A stretch of DNA of 64,000 bases from Lama glama (lineage: Eukaryota): positions 44,022,001-44,086,000 of the forward strand of contig CM052816.1 in NCBI GenBank assembly GCA_028534125.1, read 5' to 3'. A program made the translations under genes and the position numbers. The notes below the pieces were generated by a model. The model saw nothing but the letters and a program-made list of their open reading frames with translations, did not search any database and was not told the DNA's origin. Below, piece after piece: positions 35,191 through 48,057 of the stretch; within the stretch, counting starts at the first letter, position 1, and each line of letters begins with the position of its first letter.

Positions 35191-37623
35191 CATGTCCTAA
35201 TTTCTCCCAAGAGCACTGCTACCTTCAGATCATTAAGCAGTTCTTCCTTACAGATCAAAGTGAAGTTCAGAGTCACAATTCTTACTGCTCCTTGTATCTT
35301 ATATGAGAAAAATTATCAGCAACATTAGTGACAGATTTTATGTTCACAGGAAGTTTGCCTTTTGATGGAGTTGGTGATCTAGTAGGTATGTGGAGAGATG
35401 AAGTCCCCACAGCTACAATCAGCATCTTCCCCCACGTCCGTGTCATTTGTCATCTGTATTAGGAGATCATCATTCACATTCTCTGTATGTTCAGGCACTC
35501 AGTAGGACACTTCTACCAGGGCAGCGCTAGAATCTCTCTTTTTATTTTCAGCCAATCTCAAGCATGCTTCTGTCTTCATGATCTGCTATCTTCATGATCA
35601 GGGATTTTTATAGAAATATGTATCTTTGTATTATTTGGACAAGGTTATGTCCAAGGGTTCTTGCTGCTAAAGTCATGATTCTAAGAACAATTTTTTTTCT
35701 GAAAACTGGTGGATCTCTTTATTTAACACAAATACTTATTGCATTCATTCTGCTGGTATTATCTAATAAAAATATGGTAGGTTTTGAGTTTTGCTTTCGA
35801 ATATTAGCTCTTCGGACCTGTCAAAATTGTTTAGTATAAAATGGCATAAATAAAAATGAGGGCAAAATAGTGAAGAAATCAGTAAAGTTTAAACAAATCA
35901 GAAGCATAGTAAAATCTAATAAAATATTTTCTGTGTGTTTTATCTGACACTGCTATTGAATAGTATTTAGTGTGGTACGGAAATTCAGCTATAGCTCTCC
36001 ACATTTTTATACATTTCAACAATCTGGCTAGACATAGAAATTCATATTAACACCTTTTAATAATTTACTTTTCTAATTTAGTTTTGTTTTTATTAACTCT
36101 ACTCCAAACTGAGAACTAGGGAACCCATAATCAGTGCTTGAGCACGAGGAGGACTGTAAAGAATTACATGGTGTTACTTTTAGACTGGAATAACCAAATG
36201 GAATCTCTTTGAACACAGCTCCATCTTTTGCTACTGCCTTGTAAGCAGTCAACCACAAGGATGATTTTATTTAAACTAGAATCTTCTCAACTGTGCTTTG
36301 AGGTGGAGCACTAACACACTGAAGTAAATACCACAAAACCTCCTTTGCCTTTGAAACATAACTGCTGTCGTAATGACCATCAGCTGGTGGTAGGTTTCGA
36401 ACATCCAGTGGCCTCTGACCTTTATGACAAATTAGGTACCGAAGTGCTAGTAACGCCTTGTTAAAATGAAGCCAGAGGCCCTCAAGTTCTCAACTTGTTT
36501 TGTCTTTAAAAGCATGGGTTGAATGGCAGCAAGAGGCATCTTGGACAGAAAACAGACGTGGCTACAGCTGAAATGCAATGAAACCCTAATCCTCTATCCT
36601 TTGACTTGTCCAGTTAGTTTTACTGCAGTGTGCTTTCAACCATTAAGCTACCTTAACCTTCAGAAAAGCCAAACCAGTGAAAATTGCCTGAAAATTTGCA
36701 CATCACAATATAGGATTTGATTGATTCTTATTTGAAACTTGCATGGAGGACAGTCACTTACTATAATATTTTTAACCAACAAAATGTGTTTCTCAGTCAC
36801 CTCTGGTGCACAGTGAAATTGATGTCATATAAAAAGCAACGTGAAGAACACTTTTCAAAGTCACAAAGTTAGTATAGCTACAAAATACTGTAGCACTAGT
36901 TGGATTTAAACAAGAGTAGGCTATGTTGTAAAAGGTTTTTAAAAATGCATAAAAATCAGTTTTACTTTTTGATCCCAATTCTGGACATACATACTAATTT
37001 TATGTATGTGGGGTAAAACAAGGTTAGTTAGTATTTATTATAAAAATCTCTATCTGTGCATTTTATAAGCAGTAACTGTTTTCATAAAAATATGCTATTA
37101 TCATAAAAATCATGAAAATAATGTACAAAAAATAAAGTTATAAAATGCAATTTCTTCACAGAAAAAACAATGTGAGACATTTTTAATTTGTGATCTTGTG
37201 ATGCAAGGTAATGGTCTGAGGATAAGACTTACTCTAAGTTAACCTAGTAATTGATAAGCTTACAAGGCAAACTGTAGAAAAGAAATGTGAATAAAGCCAT
37301 ATGATGGGATGTCATAAGAATGTTGACATACTGCGAAATAGTGACACTTCTTAAGCAAACCTTTAGGAAAACTGAGACTTCTTAGTGTCCAGTTTCTTAA
37401 CTGTGGTTTCTTGATAACATAAAACAGATTGTGTGCTCTTTGCATAACAAAAATAGAAACTGAGCAAGGAAACTACAGAAAATTAAAGCATATACATAAC
37501 GATGCAAAATCTACTTTGTACCCTCATGATTATCTAAAAAGCAGTTTACCTATTTTTTTTTTTGAGAAATGATTAAGCTTTCCCAACTTTGCTTTGTTGG
37601 AGATGTTATTTACAGTATTGAGA

Positions 37624-37668
37624 TTTTTTTTTTGGTGGGGAGTAGGTAATTAGGTTTTTTTACTTATT
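37624..37668 (-). mobile_element. Isolated tail of a camelid-type tRNA-derived SINE (tentative)
   Basis: tttttttttggtggggagtaggtaattaggtttttttacttattt resembles the recalled camelid SINE 3' end (ttttggggggaggtaattaggtttatttattt); the tRNA head is absent. Confidence 0.5.
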
Positions 37669-38199
37669 TGACAGCCATGTGGCAATCCCAGGAATATAGG
37701 AGAAATCAAATTTCTCTTCTGGTAATTAACAAAATAGTACCAATGAACACAAGACCACTTGAAAAGTTTTCCAATGAAAAGTTAGATTCAGAACCTTAGA
37801 GATTATCTTACCCAGTGATTTTTTCATAAATGTATTTTTCAATTAATTTACATTTTTAATTAATTAATTAATGGAACTCCTTTTATGCTTTCAAAGACAT
37901 CTCTGCTTGAAGTGGAAGTGAAAGGGCAAGAGCCCTAATTGCTCATCTTGACTTTCTCCTCCTCTTGAATTTCTCTCCAGTTACTGTAGCTTGTGAAGAA
38001 CTCTATGAATAGAGTTTGAAAAGCCTTGAAAAGCCCAACTATACAGACACAAGACTAAGTTTAGAAATGAAGTGAGTTTAGCTTCTTATCTGAAATGTCC
38101 CTCTTTAGTCAGTGTCTCCAGATTTCAAAACCCTTTTCATGGGACTCCTGCTCTGTTATGACCTAACCAACATCTAGATGGAGTCATCATATACTGTTT

Positions 38200-38345
38200 T
38201 GTTGCCATGTGCTTTGTCTTCAAATAATGCTCCACTGCAATTGTTTGTGTATTCCATGGAGACAGAAACTGTTTAATTCATTTTTTATCTCTATCACCTA
38301 CCAATGTCTTACCATAGCAGGTACTCATTAAATGTTAACATAAGT
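38200..38345 (+). mobile_element. LINE-2 3' end
   Basis: ttccatggagacagaaactgtttaattcatttttatctctatcacct...catagcaggtactcattaaatgtt. Confidence 0.7.
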
Positions 38346-39429
38346 CAGTATTTCCTATTTTCTCTACAGTTGACAAGAGTTATTATATAGCTTAATACGA
38401 GCAGGAAAAAAAAAACAAAACGTAAACTAAAATGGCCAGTTCTCTAATCTTATTGCAAGGCTTTATCTACTGTGTGTATTAAGACCTTTATCTTAGTACT
38501 CAAAACAAATGAAAAACATGAAACTTTCAGATATAAAATCAAAAGGACTAAAATAAAATTGATATACCTGTGCTGAAGAAATTGTGTTGTATCTTGCTTT
38601 GTAGCTAAATTTGTCTAACATTTGTGACTGCCACAACTACCTTTTTCAATGCATGTGTATTTCCTACCTGCGTACATACTTGCTTTCCTATATGTGCACT
38701 TCCTGATCTTAGTTTTGGCTGGTGGATAAGGATATTCGCTTTATCCTTACTTGCTGCAACTGGCTGCTTTTTGTTTTGCAGCAAGTATGTCTTTCCCACC
38801 CACATCCAGGACTTTATAGTTTCACTCTATGCAGTATCATGGAAAAGAAATTATGATGCTCTAGGACTGTCTGAAATGGAATGGGTTCTTATAAGATACA
38901 AATATTCAGTGTTGTTGGTGGGTTCAAATAGAAGGTGGACTATCTGTTTCTTGATGTTCAGGAGTGAATTTATTCGTTGAGCCATGGATCAGACCCATGC
39001 TCCCACCATTGAATATACCCCTAGACTCACGTCCACATCCAAAAGCTCCGCCTTCCCCCATTCAAGCAGATAAAGTCCATGCTTCCAAAGTAACATTCTG
39101 CACTTATTCCTAATCAAATGCCTCCTCCCCTACTCAAAGACATCACTCCAGTAATTCTCCTGCTGTCTTTTGCATCTTCAGTGTTTCTTCCTACTACAAA
39201 AACACAACGTAACATTCTCTATCTTTAAAACAAGTCCCTCCCATGAGCTCTCTCACTGTATATCTCTGTCTCCTTACCACCACGGCACTTTTCTCCTCTG
39301 CCTTGCAGCTAAACTCCCAGAAATAGATTCTATATGCATCTCAATTTCCTTCCTTTTCTTTCCTCCTATTTTCTCTTGAATCAATGCCAGTCAGCCTTTT
39401 TGTTACGCTGAAGCTCAAAAATTATCTTG

Positions 39430-39684
39430 CCAAAGGATAGGAGACTGGAGCATTTAAAATCCTGAGTCCCATCTTCTCATTATTGAGAATTGCCTGTTGG
39501 TTCCTTGACTCCATACACCACCACAAGGGCTGAGTGAGTTTTTTCATTTTGGAAAAAACCCTTGAGGCAGTTAAGCAGAAAAACTTGGGAGGTTGTTAAT
39601 CTGGGCTGAAATTGTCTACCACAGTTTCAGCTGAGCCTAGAAATTGGCCAAGGGATATGGTGCACTGGACACAGAAAGTGTCTG
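39430..39684 (-). mobile_element. ERVL LTR fragment (LTR33-like)
   Basis: Reverse complement begins cagacac...tgcaccatatcccttggcc...ctgtggtagacaatttc, resembling the LTR33 5' end. Confidence 0.6.
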
Positions 39685-39964
39685 TTTTGACCTTGTCTCT
39701 GTTTGCTTCATCTTACTATCTTTTTATAAATCCTCCTCATTTTCCTAACCTTAAAATTGGCATGCCGAGGAATTAATTCTTAAACCTTTCTCTTTTTTAA
39801 CTACATTACTACTTACCTGACCTTACACTGTCCAGTCACTTTGAAATCATGTGCATAATATTAAATTTCAACTTTATATTTACCTCTTTCCCAAATTCTA
39901 GTCCAGTACATGAGGTACCTACACAATATCTCTACTTGAATGTTAGTGCAAAACCAAACTCTTG

Positions 39965-40410
39965 ATATAAATTTACCGTGCAGCCCAGTACTTATTCTCT
40001 AAGGAATCTACCCATAAGAAATAAAAACATGTCCTTAGAAAGACTTGTTCATGAATGTTCAAAATTTCATTATTTATAATATCTCCAAACTGGGAAAAAA
40101 AACCCAACCTGTAACATATCCATACAATGAAATACTATTCAGCAGTGAAAAATGCAGTATTGATACATGATATAACCTGGGTGAATCTCCAAACATAATA
40201 TTAAGTGAAAGAAACCAGACACAAAAGCCTATATTTTGGATGATTCTGTTTCTGCACATGGGCACAGAAGATCTTTTGGGAGATAATGGAAATGGCCTAA
40301 ATTAGATTGAATTGATGATTGCACAACTCTAACTTTACTAAAACTCTTTTAAATTATATACAGCTAACAGGTGAAATTTATGGTTATGGAATGTATATTT
40401 CAATAAAGTG
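39965..40410 (+). mobile_element. Old L1 (L1MC/ME-like) 3' UTR
   Basis: aagaaataaaaacatgtcc...aaagacttgttcatgaatgttc...catatccatacaatgaaatactattcagcagtgaaaa...ttaagtgaaagaaaccagacacaaaag...caataaag. Confidence 0.85.
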
Positions 40411-41388
40411 TTCAAGTACCTAACTTTGATCTTCTGCCTTAAATTTTCTCTGTCTTCATCATTCAGGATATATCAGCTCAGGTTTATCATTTACTTAGGC
40501 AAGAAACCTTGGAATCATTTTTGACTCCTTTCTTTTCCATCACAAATTTAACTATTAAACTCTACTACTAATAATCTCCTTCCCCACTAACCACTCTAGC
40601 AAGACACCATCATCTCTTGCCTTGTCTATAACAATAGCCCATTTGTCAGTATCTATGCATTTATCCGTACTACTTTGTGATTTATTTTCTATACTACAAA
40701 TTGTCCATACTACTCAAAGCAACCCACAGATTCAATGCCATCCCTATAAAAATTCCAATGGCATATTTCACAGAACTAGAACAAATAATTCTAAAATTTG
40801 TATGGAACTGAAAATAACCCCAAGTAGACAAAACGATCTTAAGAAAGAAGAACAAAACTTGAAGTGTCATGTTCCCTGATTTCAAACTATATTACAAAGC
40901 TACAGTAATCAAAACAGTATGGTACTGACACAAAAACACACATAGAACAATGGAACAGAATTGAGAGCCCAGAAATATATGGACGATAAATCTATGACAA
41001 GGAAGCAAAGAACATACAATGAAGAAAGAACAGTCTTTTCAGTAAATGGTGTTGGGAAAATTGGACAGCCATATGCAAAAGAATGGAACTGGACCACTAT
41101 CTTACACCATACAGAAAACTTAACTTAAAATGAATTAAAGAATTTAATGTAAGACCTAAAGCTATAAAATTCCTAGAAGAAAACATAAGTGATAAGTTCC
41201 TTGACATTAGTCTTAGTGATGTTTTTGTGGATCTGACTCCAAAGGCAAGGAAACAAAAGCAAAAATAAACAAATAGTGCTACATCAAAATAAAAGACTTC
41301 TGCACATCCAAGGAAACCATCATCAAAATGAAAAGACAATCTATTGAATCGGAGGAGATTATTTGCAAATTATACATCCAATAAGGGA

Positions 41389-41444
<56 letters not shown>
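41389..41444. repeat. (TATC)14 perfect tetranucleotide microsatellite
   Basis: 14 uninterrupted TATC units counted directly. Confidence 0.97.
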
Positions 41445-41937
41445 GTAACTTAATGTCAGCAAAACAAAGAACCCATATAGAAAATGGTCAGAGGACCTGA
41501 ATAACCATTTTTCCAAAGAAGGCACACAGATGGCCAACAGACAGATGAAAAGATGCTCAACATCACTAATTATCAGGGAAATGCAAATCAAATCACACTG
41601 AGATATCACCACACACCTTTTAGAATGGCTATTATCAAAAAGACAGGGAATAACAAATATTGGAGAGCATGGGGAGAAAAGGGAACCCTAGAACATTGTT
41701 TTAAGAACTGTAAATTGGTGCAGCCACTATGAGAAACAATATGGAAAGTTCTCAAAAATTAAGACTAGAACTACTGTATGATTCTGCTATTCACTTCTGG
41801 GTATTTATCCCAAGAACACAAAAACACTAATTTGAGTAGATACATGCACATATGTTCATTTCAGCATTATTTATAATAGCCAAGTTATGGAAACAAAGTA
41901 TGTGTCCACTGATGGATGAATGGGTAAAAAAGGCATA

Positions 41938-41950
41938 GGATGGATGGATG

Positions 41951-41987
<37 letters not shown>
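41938..41987. repeat. Compound microsatellite (GGAT)4(AGAT)1(AGAC)7
   Basis: Counted directly. Confidence 0.95.
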
Positions 41988-42394
41988 TGGAATACTACTT
42001 AGCTATAAAAAACAACTCTGCTGTTCTGCAATAAGTGGATAGACTTTCAGAATATTATGCTAAGTGAAAGAGGTCAGACAGAGAAGGGCATATATTACAT
42101 GATTTCACTCATATGTGTAATCTAAAAAAAATGAAGCAGAAACAAATACAGAGAACAGATTAGTGGTTACCGGAGAGGAACAGGGTTGGGAGATGGACAA
42201 AATAGGTAAGGAGGATTAACTGTATGGTGATGGATGACAACTAGATTTGTGGTGGTGATCATTTTGTAATGTATACACATGTAGAACTATAACACTGTGC
42301 ACTTGAAACTTTTAATGAAAAAGAAGTTATTCTATTTGTTCAAAGCACTCTAGCATCTTTTCTTCTCAGAATAAATTCCAAAAATTTATCATCA

Positions 42395-42577
42395 TAGCGT
42401 TTCCAGATAAAAGGCAGGACACCCAGTTAGACATGAATTTTCAATGAACAACAAATATTTTAACGTTTACATGAGTCCTATGCAATATTTAGGACATTCA
42501 TATTTTAGAAGTGGTTGTCTAAAATTCAAATTTAACTGGGCCTTCTGTATCTCTGTTTGGTAAATCTAGCAGCCCTA
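42395..42577. mobile_element. MER53-like hAT MITE
   Basis: tagcgtttccagataaaaggcaggacacccagtta...aaattcaaatttaactgggccttctgtat...aaatctagcagcccta; long imperfect terminal inverted repeats, about 183 bp. Confidence 0.85.
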
Positions 42578-43119
42578 CATTAGGAAGTGTTCCATGATCT
42601 GGACTCATTCTCTTACCTTCCTCCTCATTCCTTTTGCTCAGACTGCTAAGTCCTTTCCACTGCTTTCGAACAAACTAAGGATAGCCATAGGTTCTTTGAG
42701 CTTGCTTTCCCTGGACCTAGAAAACTCTTCTCCAAATACCTCATTTTCCATTTCATTTAGTTTTCTACCCAAATGACAGGTATTCACAGAGGCCTTTTCT
42801 GATCAACCAATCTAAAACAGCTCTTGTAATTCACCATTCTCAGTTCTCATTTGTCTTCTTAGCTCTTATCACAAATGGGCATATATGTTTGTTTCATCTA
42901 TATCTATCAATAAAGTAGAAGGAGGAACATTACTTCTTGACACATCTGTATGCAAGGGGACTAGACTAGCTAATAATAAGTTATCAGGAAGTTATCAGTC
43001 ACCCATCCATCCATCCATGAGTTTGTTTATTCTTCAGCATTTTTCCTTTCAAAGGTTCTAGATCTCAAATCACATGTACGGACACTGTCAGTGTATCAAG
43101 TGGTGTATTTTTAGAAGGC

Positions 43120-43350
43120 AAATGGAAAAAGAGAAGCAAGGGTGTGGTGAAGTTAACAGAGACAAGTTGACAGACAGAAATAGATGTGTGTCTGTAGACT
43201 AATAATAGCAGGATAAATTGGATGGAAGCATGGTTGCTGCATTTGTGTCCCTGAGTGACAAGCCCACCCACCCAACTGGAGTTCAGGAGAAAGGTTAACT
43301 TAAGAGACAGTATTTGGGACTCATCTGCCTAGGGGTGATAGTTAAAACTG
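43120..43350 (-). mobile_element. LINE-2 fragment
   Basis: ctggagttcaggagaaagg...tttgggactcatctgcctaggggtgatagttaaaac. Confidence 0.6.
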
Positions 43351-44609
43351 ATGTATCCTGAGTTCCTGTCAGCAGCTGCTCCTACACACTTGGGAACTCA
43401 CCATTAACGTTTAAACTGACTGTCAAGTCCATAATTTTGTCCTCTCTCTTCCATCAGTTGCCTTCTTCCTTTTAAAATGTCGAAGTCCTCCCTATCCACT
43501 GGCACACATACCATTGTCTATATAGTTCTCCAGTATTTTCCATTTTCAAAATGATTTCACTTTATTATCCAGCCTTACTCCATCTTATTTATTTTCTTCT
43601 TCACTTCTCTACTTCCTTAGCAAGTTATCTCACTTCAGCCATCTCCAGTGGGAGAACTAATTGTGATCTCTGATTAAAACCACTATTCTTCATTTCTGGT
43701 TAGCCCCCTCTCTGTCTCTGTTTAATAACCTGTTTAGTGGTTTCCATGGAGAAGAATTTTGCTAGAACTGATCTTATGTTTCTTTTAAAATATTTAGATT
43801 TTGTACCTGCTTGAAAAAGTTTGAACCTGAGAGAATTTAAGGAAGCTGAAAAATAATTTATTTATAGAACCTTATAAAGAATCAGCAAAGATACAAATAC
43901 ATGTGAAGATGGACACAAATTAACCTTTTAATAAATATGTTTTGATTCTTAACTATTAAAAAATTAAGGTTATATATAACTGCATACCTATTGAATTTAT
44001 AGTCTGATTGAAACATGAAACAAAAAAACTTCGGAGTTTGAAGAGGGGCGATGAAAAGGTGAGAAGTAGGTTCTAAGTTAATAAAAAACAATTAAAGGCA
44101 AGATATGGAGAATTAAAAGAAAAGGAAAAATGGCCATTCAGGAAAGGTGAGAATAATTAGAGAAATGTAACAGACATAAAAATTCTGTCAGTCTTATTGT
44201 AGGGGTGTGCTATTACCAAAGCAATACAGTTTTAAATTAAAAGAAAAAATTACATAGAAAACATAATCACCAAATCTTTAAAAATATTAATGATATAGAA
44301 TATTAATTTCATTCATGTGAGAAAAACTAAAAGATTTTCAAATAATTGGCATAATGTGAAATATCAGTTATATAATTGCATAGATCACTAGGTAAATGAT
44401 TTTGATGTGTACACAAGAATAAACACCAGGAAAAGCAGCTCATGCTTTATGATAGACTTAGTAGAGCTCACATGGTTAGTATCACTTAGGCCTGATTTGG
44501 TAATTTGATGGAGGTTTCAAAAGTAAGTAATTTAATATATAATATGTTTCTATTATATAATTATATAGCTATATATTGCATCACATTGTTGGAGCATAAT
44601 TATATGCTA

Positions 44610-44785
44610 AAAATATCCTACATAATTTATATCTGTTAGTGCTTATAAAGTTTATAAAATGTATTTGTCATTATTTATCACTTCATCAATGAGGAAAATG
44701 GGATTAAGAAATATTAAGCAACTTCCATATCACATAGTGAGTATTCAAACAAGATCTTAGCTGATACTCTTTCTATTGCAGTAGG
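44610..44785 (-). mobile_element. MIR SINE
   Basis: aatgaggaaaatgggattaagaaatattaagcaacttccatatcacatagtgag. Confidence 0.65.
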
Positions 44786-45306
44786 TTGCCTCCCTCTATA
44801 TGTGAATCAAAATGAGGACATAATTTACATGGATTAATTGTCTTTATATCTCAAAACATTGCCTGTGATTACACTTCAAAAGCCACCTTAGGTGACTGGT
44901 TTTATTGGGCTAAACTGTGTGAATTTAGGGATCAGCAATTAAGATGCAAATATTGTTAATGTGGTAACACACTGTTATCTTTGCCTATCAAATTTCCTAG
45001 CCCAAAGTAAACTATCAGATCAATATTTAACAGTGACAAGAAGGAAGAAGGAAGTTGAAAGGAAAGGTCTGGAGTGTTGGCCCTACCTGGAAAGCAAAGC
45101 AGAAAGGACTCCCTCCTGCCAGGGTTCTAGGTGTGGCTGGGGATGAGGAGGAGGAGGGGGATTGAAATTAGCTAAGGGAACAGGCACGAAAATTGGAAAG
45201 GAAGTGTAAATCCATCAAAACCAAATTTCTTGAATTTCTTATGGTAGCTTGGATTTGGTGCTTTATACTAGGACAATAAGCCAAAATTCATCCTGGTATA
45301 TATACT

Positions 45307-45486
45307 AGCACACTTCATTGATTCGAACATGCTTATGTTTTCACATTTTAAACTCTTTGAAATCAGGATGTGTATTACACTTTGTATGGTAAGAGAGCAT
45401 TGCATTATACTTAAATTGGGAGCATTTTTACTTCTTAGTTGTAGTGTATCTTACAATTTGATGGCCCCTTAGATTTAATGGACAGT
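45307..45486. mobile_element. MER104 (TcMar-Tc2) MITE
   Basis: cacttcattgattcgaacatgc...ttttcacattttaa...tgaaatcaggatgtgtattaca...tgtatcttacaatttgatggccccttagattt matches MER104 organisation; TA at both flanks. Confidence 0.8.
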
Positions 45487-46444
45487 AAGTAATGTTCATC
45501 TGAGAATCGAAAGAAACATGTGTGAGTCTATTCTTAGGTCTTGCACTGATGCTCAGCATAACTTCCAGTGCAAATCCTACTCTGATTTAAGTTTTCTTAG
45601 TCTTTAATTACAAGACTGATATCTTATAAGTGTGCCATTCAAGCTCCTTATCTGTTCCTTTCCTCTATGAAGATGGTATGATGTTAATTGAGAAAAAGAG
45701 TTAAAATATTCCATTTCTATGAGCAGTATATATAAAAGCTATGAAATCTTCATGGCATTTAAAATAGAATTTTAAAAATCTCATTGGATTCAAGATACTT
45801 TTAAATGAATTTTCAAATTTTGTTAGATGTTTGATTTTAGAAGACTTCTGTACTCAAAAGAGATATTTTAACTAAGTAGCTGGTTTGAGATGTAAGGACC
45901 GAGTTAAATCTAAAAGAAAGTCTTTGTTCCAATAAGTGGAGTGCTGTTTAAAATCTGAAAGCAAAAGCTCTGAGCTGTATGTTTCTTGCTGGATTCTCAG
46001 TTTTTGTTTTGTTTTTTAATAAGGCATAGTTTCCCATGCAGTAACATATGGTTTCAATATTTGAGCATTCTCAGCCATTTTCCCCATATGTTTATTGTAA
46101 TCAACTAACCACACATGTCCAAATTCTGCCCTTCAGTGAGCAGAGAGAACACTCACTGGGGTCAAGGGAAACAAGCCCATTTCATGCAGCAACCTATGGT
46201 CTTCAAACCAGGTTTTTGTCACTATTTGCACAATAATGAATGGTACAGATGAATGATTATTAATACATTTTAGAAGTGACTCTGATTGCAGAAAGTCTTT
46301 TGCTCTGAGAATCTCTGAGAACTGTTTGACAAAAGAGTTGTTGAAAGACAGGAAAGCTGTGTGCGAAGATGGGAGTGCACTGAGTTGGGGGATGGGGAGC
46401 CTCAAAATCATTTGTAATGTGGCATGTCATAGTTATCCAAAGCA

Positions 46445-46900
46445 TTATTCACTCATCTTATTCATTCCTCAGTTTAGCTGCATCTAGGCACTGAGTATAC
46501 ATTGTCCTCTTGAAGTGCCTGTTTTGGAGACATAATGCTGACAATAAACAAGACAGCTAATAAATAAACCAGAAAGTTTATATAAGTGCAATAAAGATTA
46601 TAAAACTAGATAACGTTATTTAGAGTGATGGGTTTTTTTTTTTGCTAGGGGGCCTGTGGACCTGAGACCACAATGATGAGAAGGAGCCAGCCATATGAAA
46701 TTTGCAGTGGAAGTAAGAATGTACTAGTCTAGAGGAAGGCCCTAAGGCTTGAACCACCGCCTGGTTCTGGAGACAGGTGGGATCAGAAGTACAGGCAGAG
46801 ACCAGATGATGCAGTTAAGATAGAACATGTTAAGTTTTGTGAACAATAGGCTAAGCTCAAAACTGGTGAGTTTTGATAAAAAGAGTGAAGCAAACTGATT
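46445..46900 (-). mobile_element. LINE-2 3' region
   Basis: cattattcactcatcttattcattc...ctaggcactg...gacaataaacaag...gacctga...atgagaaggagccagccatatgaa. Confidence 0.75.
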
Positions 46901-47894
46901 TACTTACACATTTATATTTAAATATCCCATTAGATTTGCTTTGCCAAACAAATAACCACAACAATGACAGCTATTTAGAATAGCAGGGGAAAATATAGAG
47001 AATTCCACTATTTTGTGAGAATGAAAATTATGACACTGTCAGGGAAATTTCAAGGCATTAAAAATCTGGGACATGATTTTGGTTTTCTGGGATTTAATTT
47101 CTCAGGATAAGGTCCTTCATTACTTACATACAACCTAAGAAGTCTTCCTGTGAGCTTTAAAGGGAAAAATAAGACATAGAATCATCCTCATATGAACCTC
47201 ACACAATTAACATAAACACACTTACAACTATGGTAAGTACTAGGAAAATTTAAATGAAAGGTGTTGTGATAAATTTTTCTTTGACAGGTAAAGGTTTTTG
47301 AAAATAGAAAAAATGATGCTTTTGGAAATCATAAAGTCAGTTCCAAAATAGAAGTTTGGCTGATGCATATACACTAAATCTTCGGTCAACCCTGTGCAAT
47401 TTCAATTCGGATCAGTTTTTTCACTTTAAATGTGATATAGTGACATTTATGCGTCAATATTAAGGGTATATAATTCTTTGAAGGAAGCTGAAGTTTCAGA
47501 ATAGCGAAAGGAAATTTTTGACATGCAAGAATGCAGTTATCCAGCATCTCATCTTCCCACTTTTATTCTCTCAGGTGATGATGAAAATAAAATCACAGAA
47601 AATAAAACTAAGTGTTTGGAAACATTTAACAAATGTTTGCAGATAGATTTATTTTCCAAATATCAACTGTGTATTTTCAGGTTTTAAGGTCCTTACTAAG
47701 TAAGTTCCCTGGCACTTTCAAATAGTTATGTATGTTTAGTGACATATAGAGATTTATATTAAACCAGGATTGCTTCGATACAGAAACCTATATCCTGATA
47801 CATGTAGGATGGTTGAACTTTGTCCAGAGATTTTGGGAGGGCATTGATTTTGTAACTTAATTTGTAGATGAATACGGGAGTTACCTATTCACTG

Positions 47895-48050
47895 GCTGGA
47901 TTAGTAAAATAGGCTAGTTTATGCTGTGGTAACACAATCCCAAATTTCCATGGCTCAAAACAAGTTAATTTCTCCCTTAATGCTCCATGTGATTGGCAGG
48001 AAGATTTTGCTTTTTATAAGTCACTTGGAAATCTGGGTTGATGAAGTTGC
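47895..48050 (-). mobile_element. MLT1 LTR fragment
   Basis: tggattagtaaaataggctagtttatgctgtggtaacacaatcccaaatttccatggctcaaaacaag is the reverse complement of an MLT1 3' end. Confidence 0.75.
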
Positions 48051-48057
48051 CTTGATT

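Larger units (their letters stand above)
40696..42322 (+). mobile_element. L1 (L1MA-like) 3' portion: ORF2 C-terminus plus 3' UTR, frameshifted
   Basis: cagattcaatgccatccctataaaaattccaatggc ([11 protein letters not shown]), gatttcaaactatattacaaagctacagtaatc (DFKLYYKATVI), aaaagatgctcaacatcactaattatcagggaaatgcaaatc ([14 protein letters not shown]). Confidence 0.95.
39000..42985 (+). mobile_element. Long LINE-2 copy split by four later insertions (L2 pieces about 39000-39420, 39690-39960, 40415-40695, 42326-42394, 42578-42985)
   Basis: Successive L2 motifs in consensus order: ctcttgaatcaatgccagtcag; atctctacttgaatgt; aaaccttggaatcatttttgactcc; caccatcatctcttgcct; tcacagaggccttttctga. Confidence 0.7.

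Noticed and set aside
38624..38980. 118-aa hydrophobic ORF
   Set aside because: GTG start, no homology recognised, and composition expected from T-rich DNA.
40622..41339. Several 60-85 aa ORFs
   Set aside because: Sense, off-frame or antisense readings of a decayed L1 ORF2, not host genes.
47288..47880. Exon-like open stretches after acceptors at about 47287 and 47574
   Set aside because: Frames hit stops before any good donor and the peptides match nothing I recognise.
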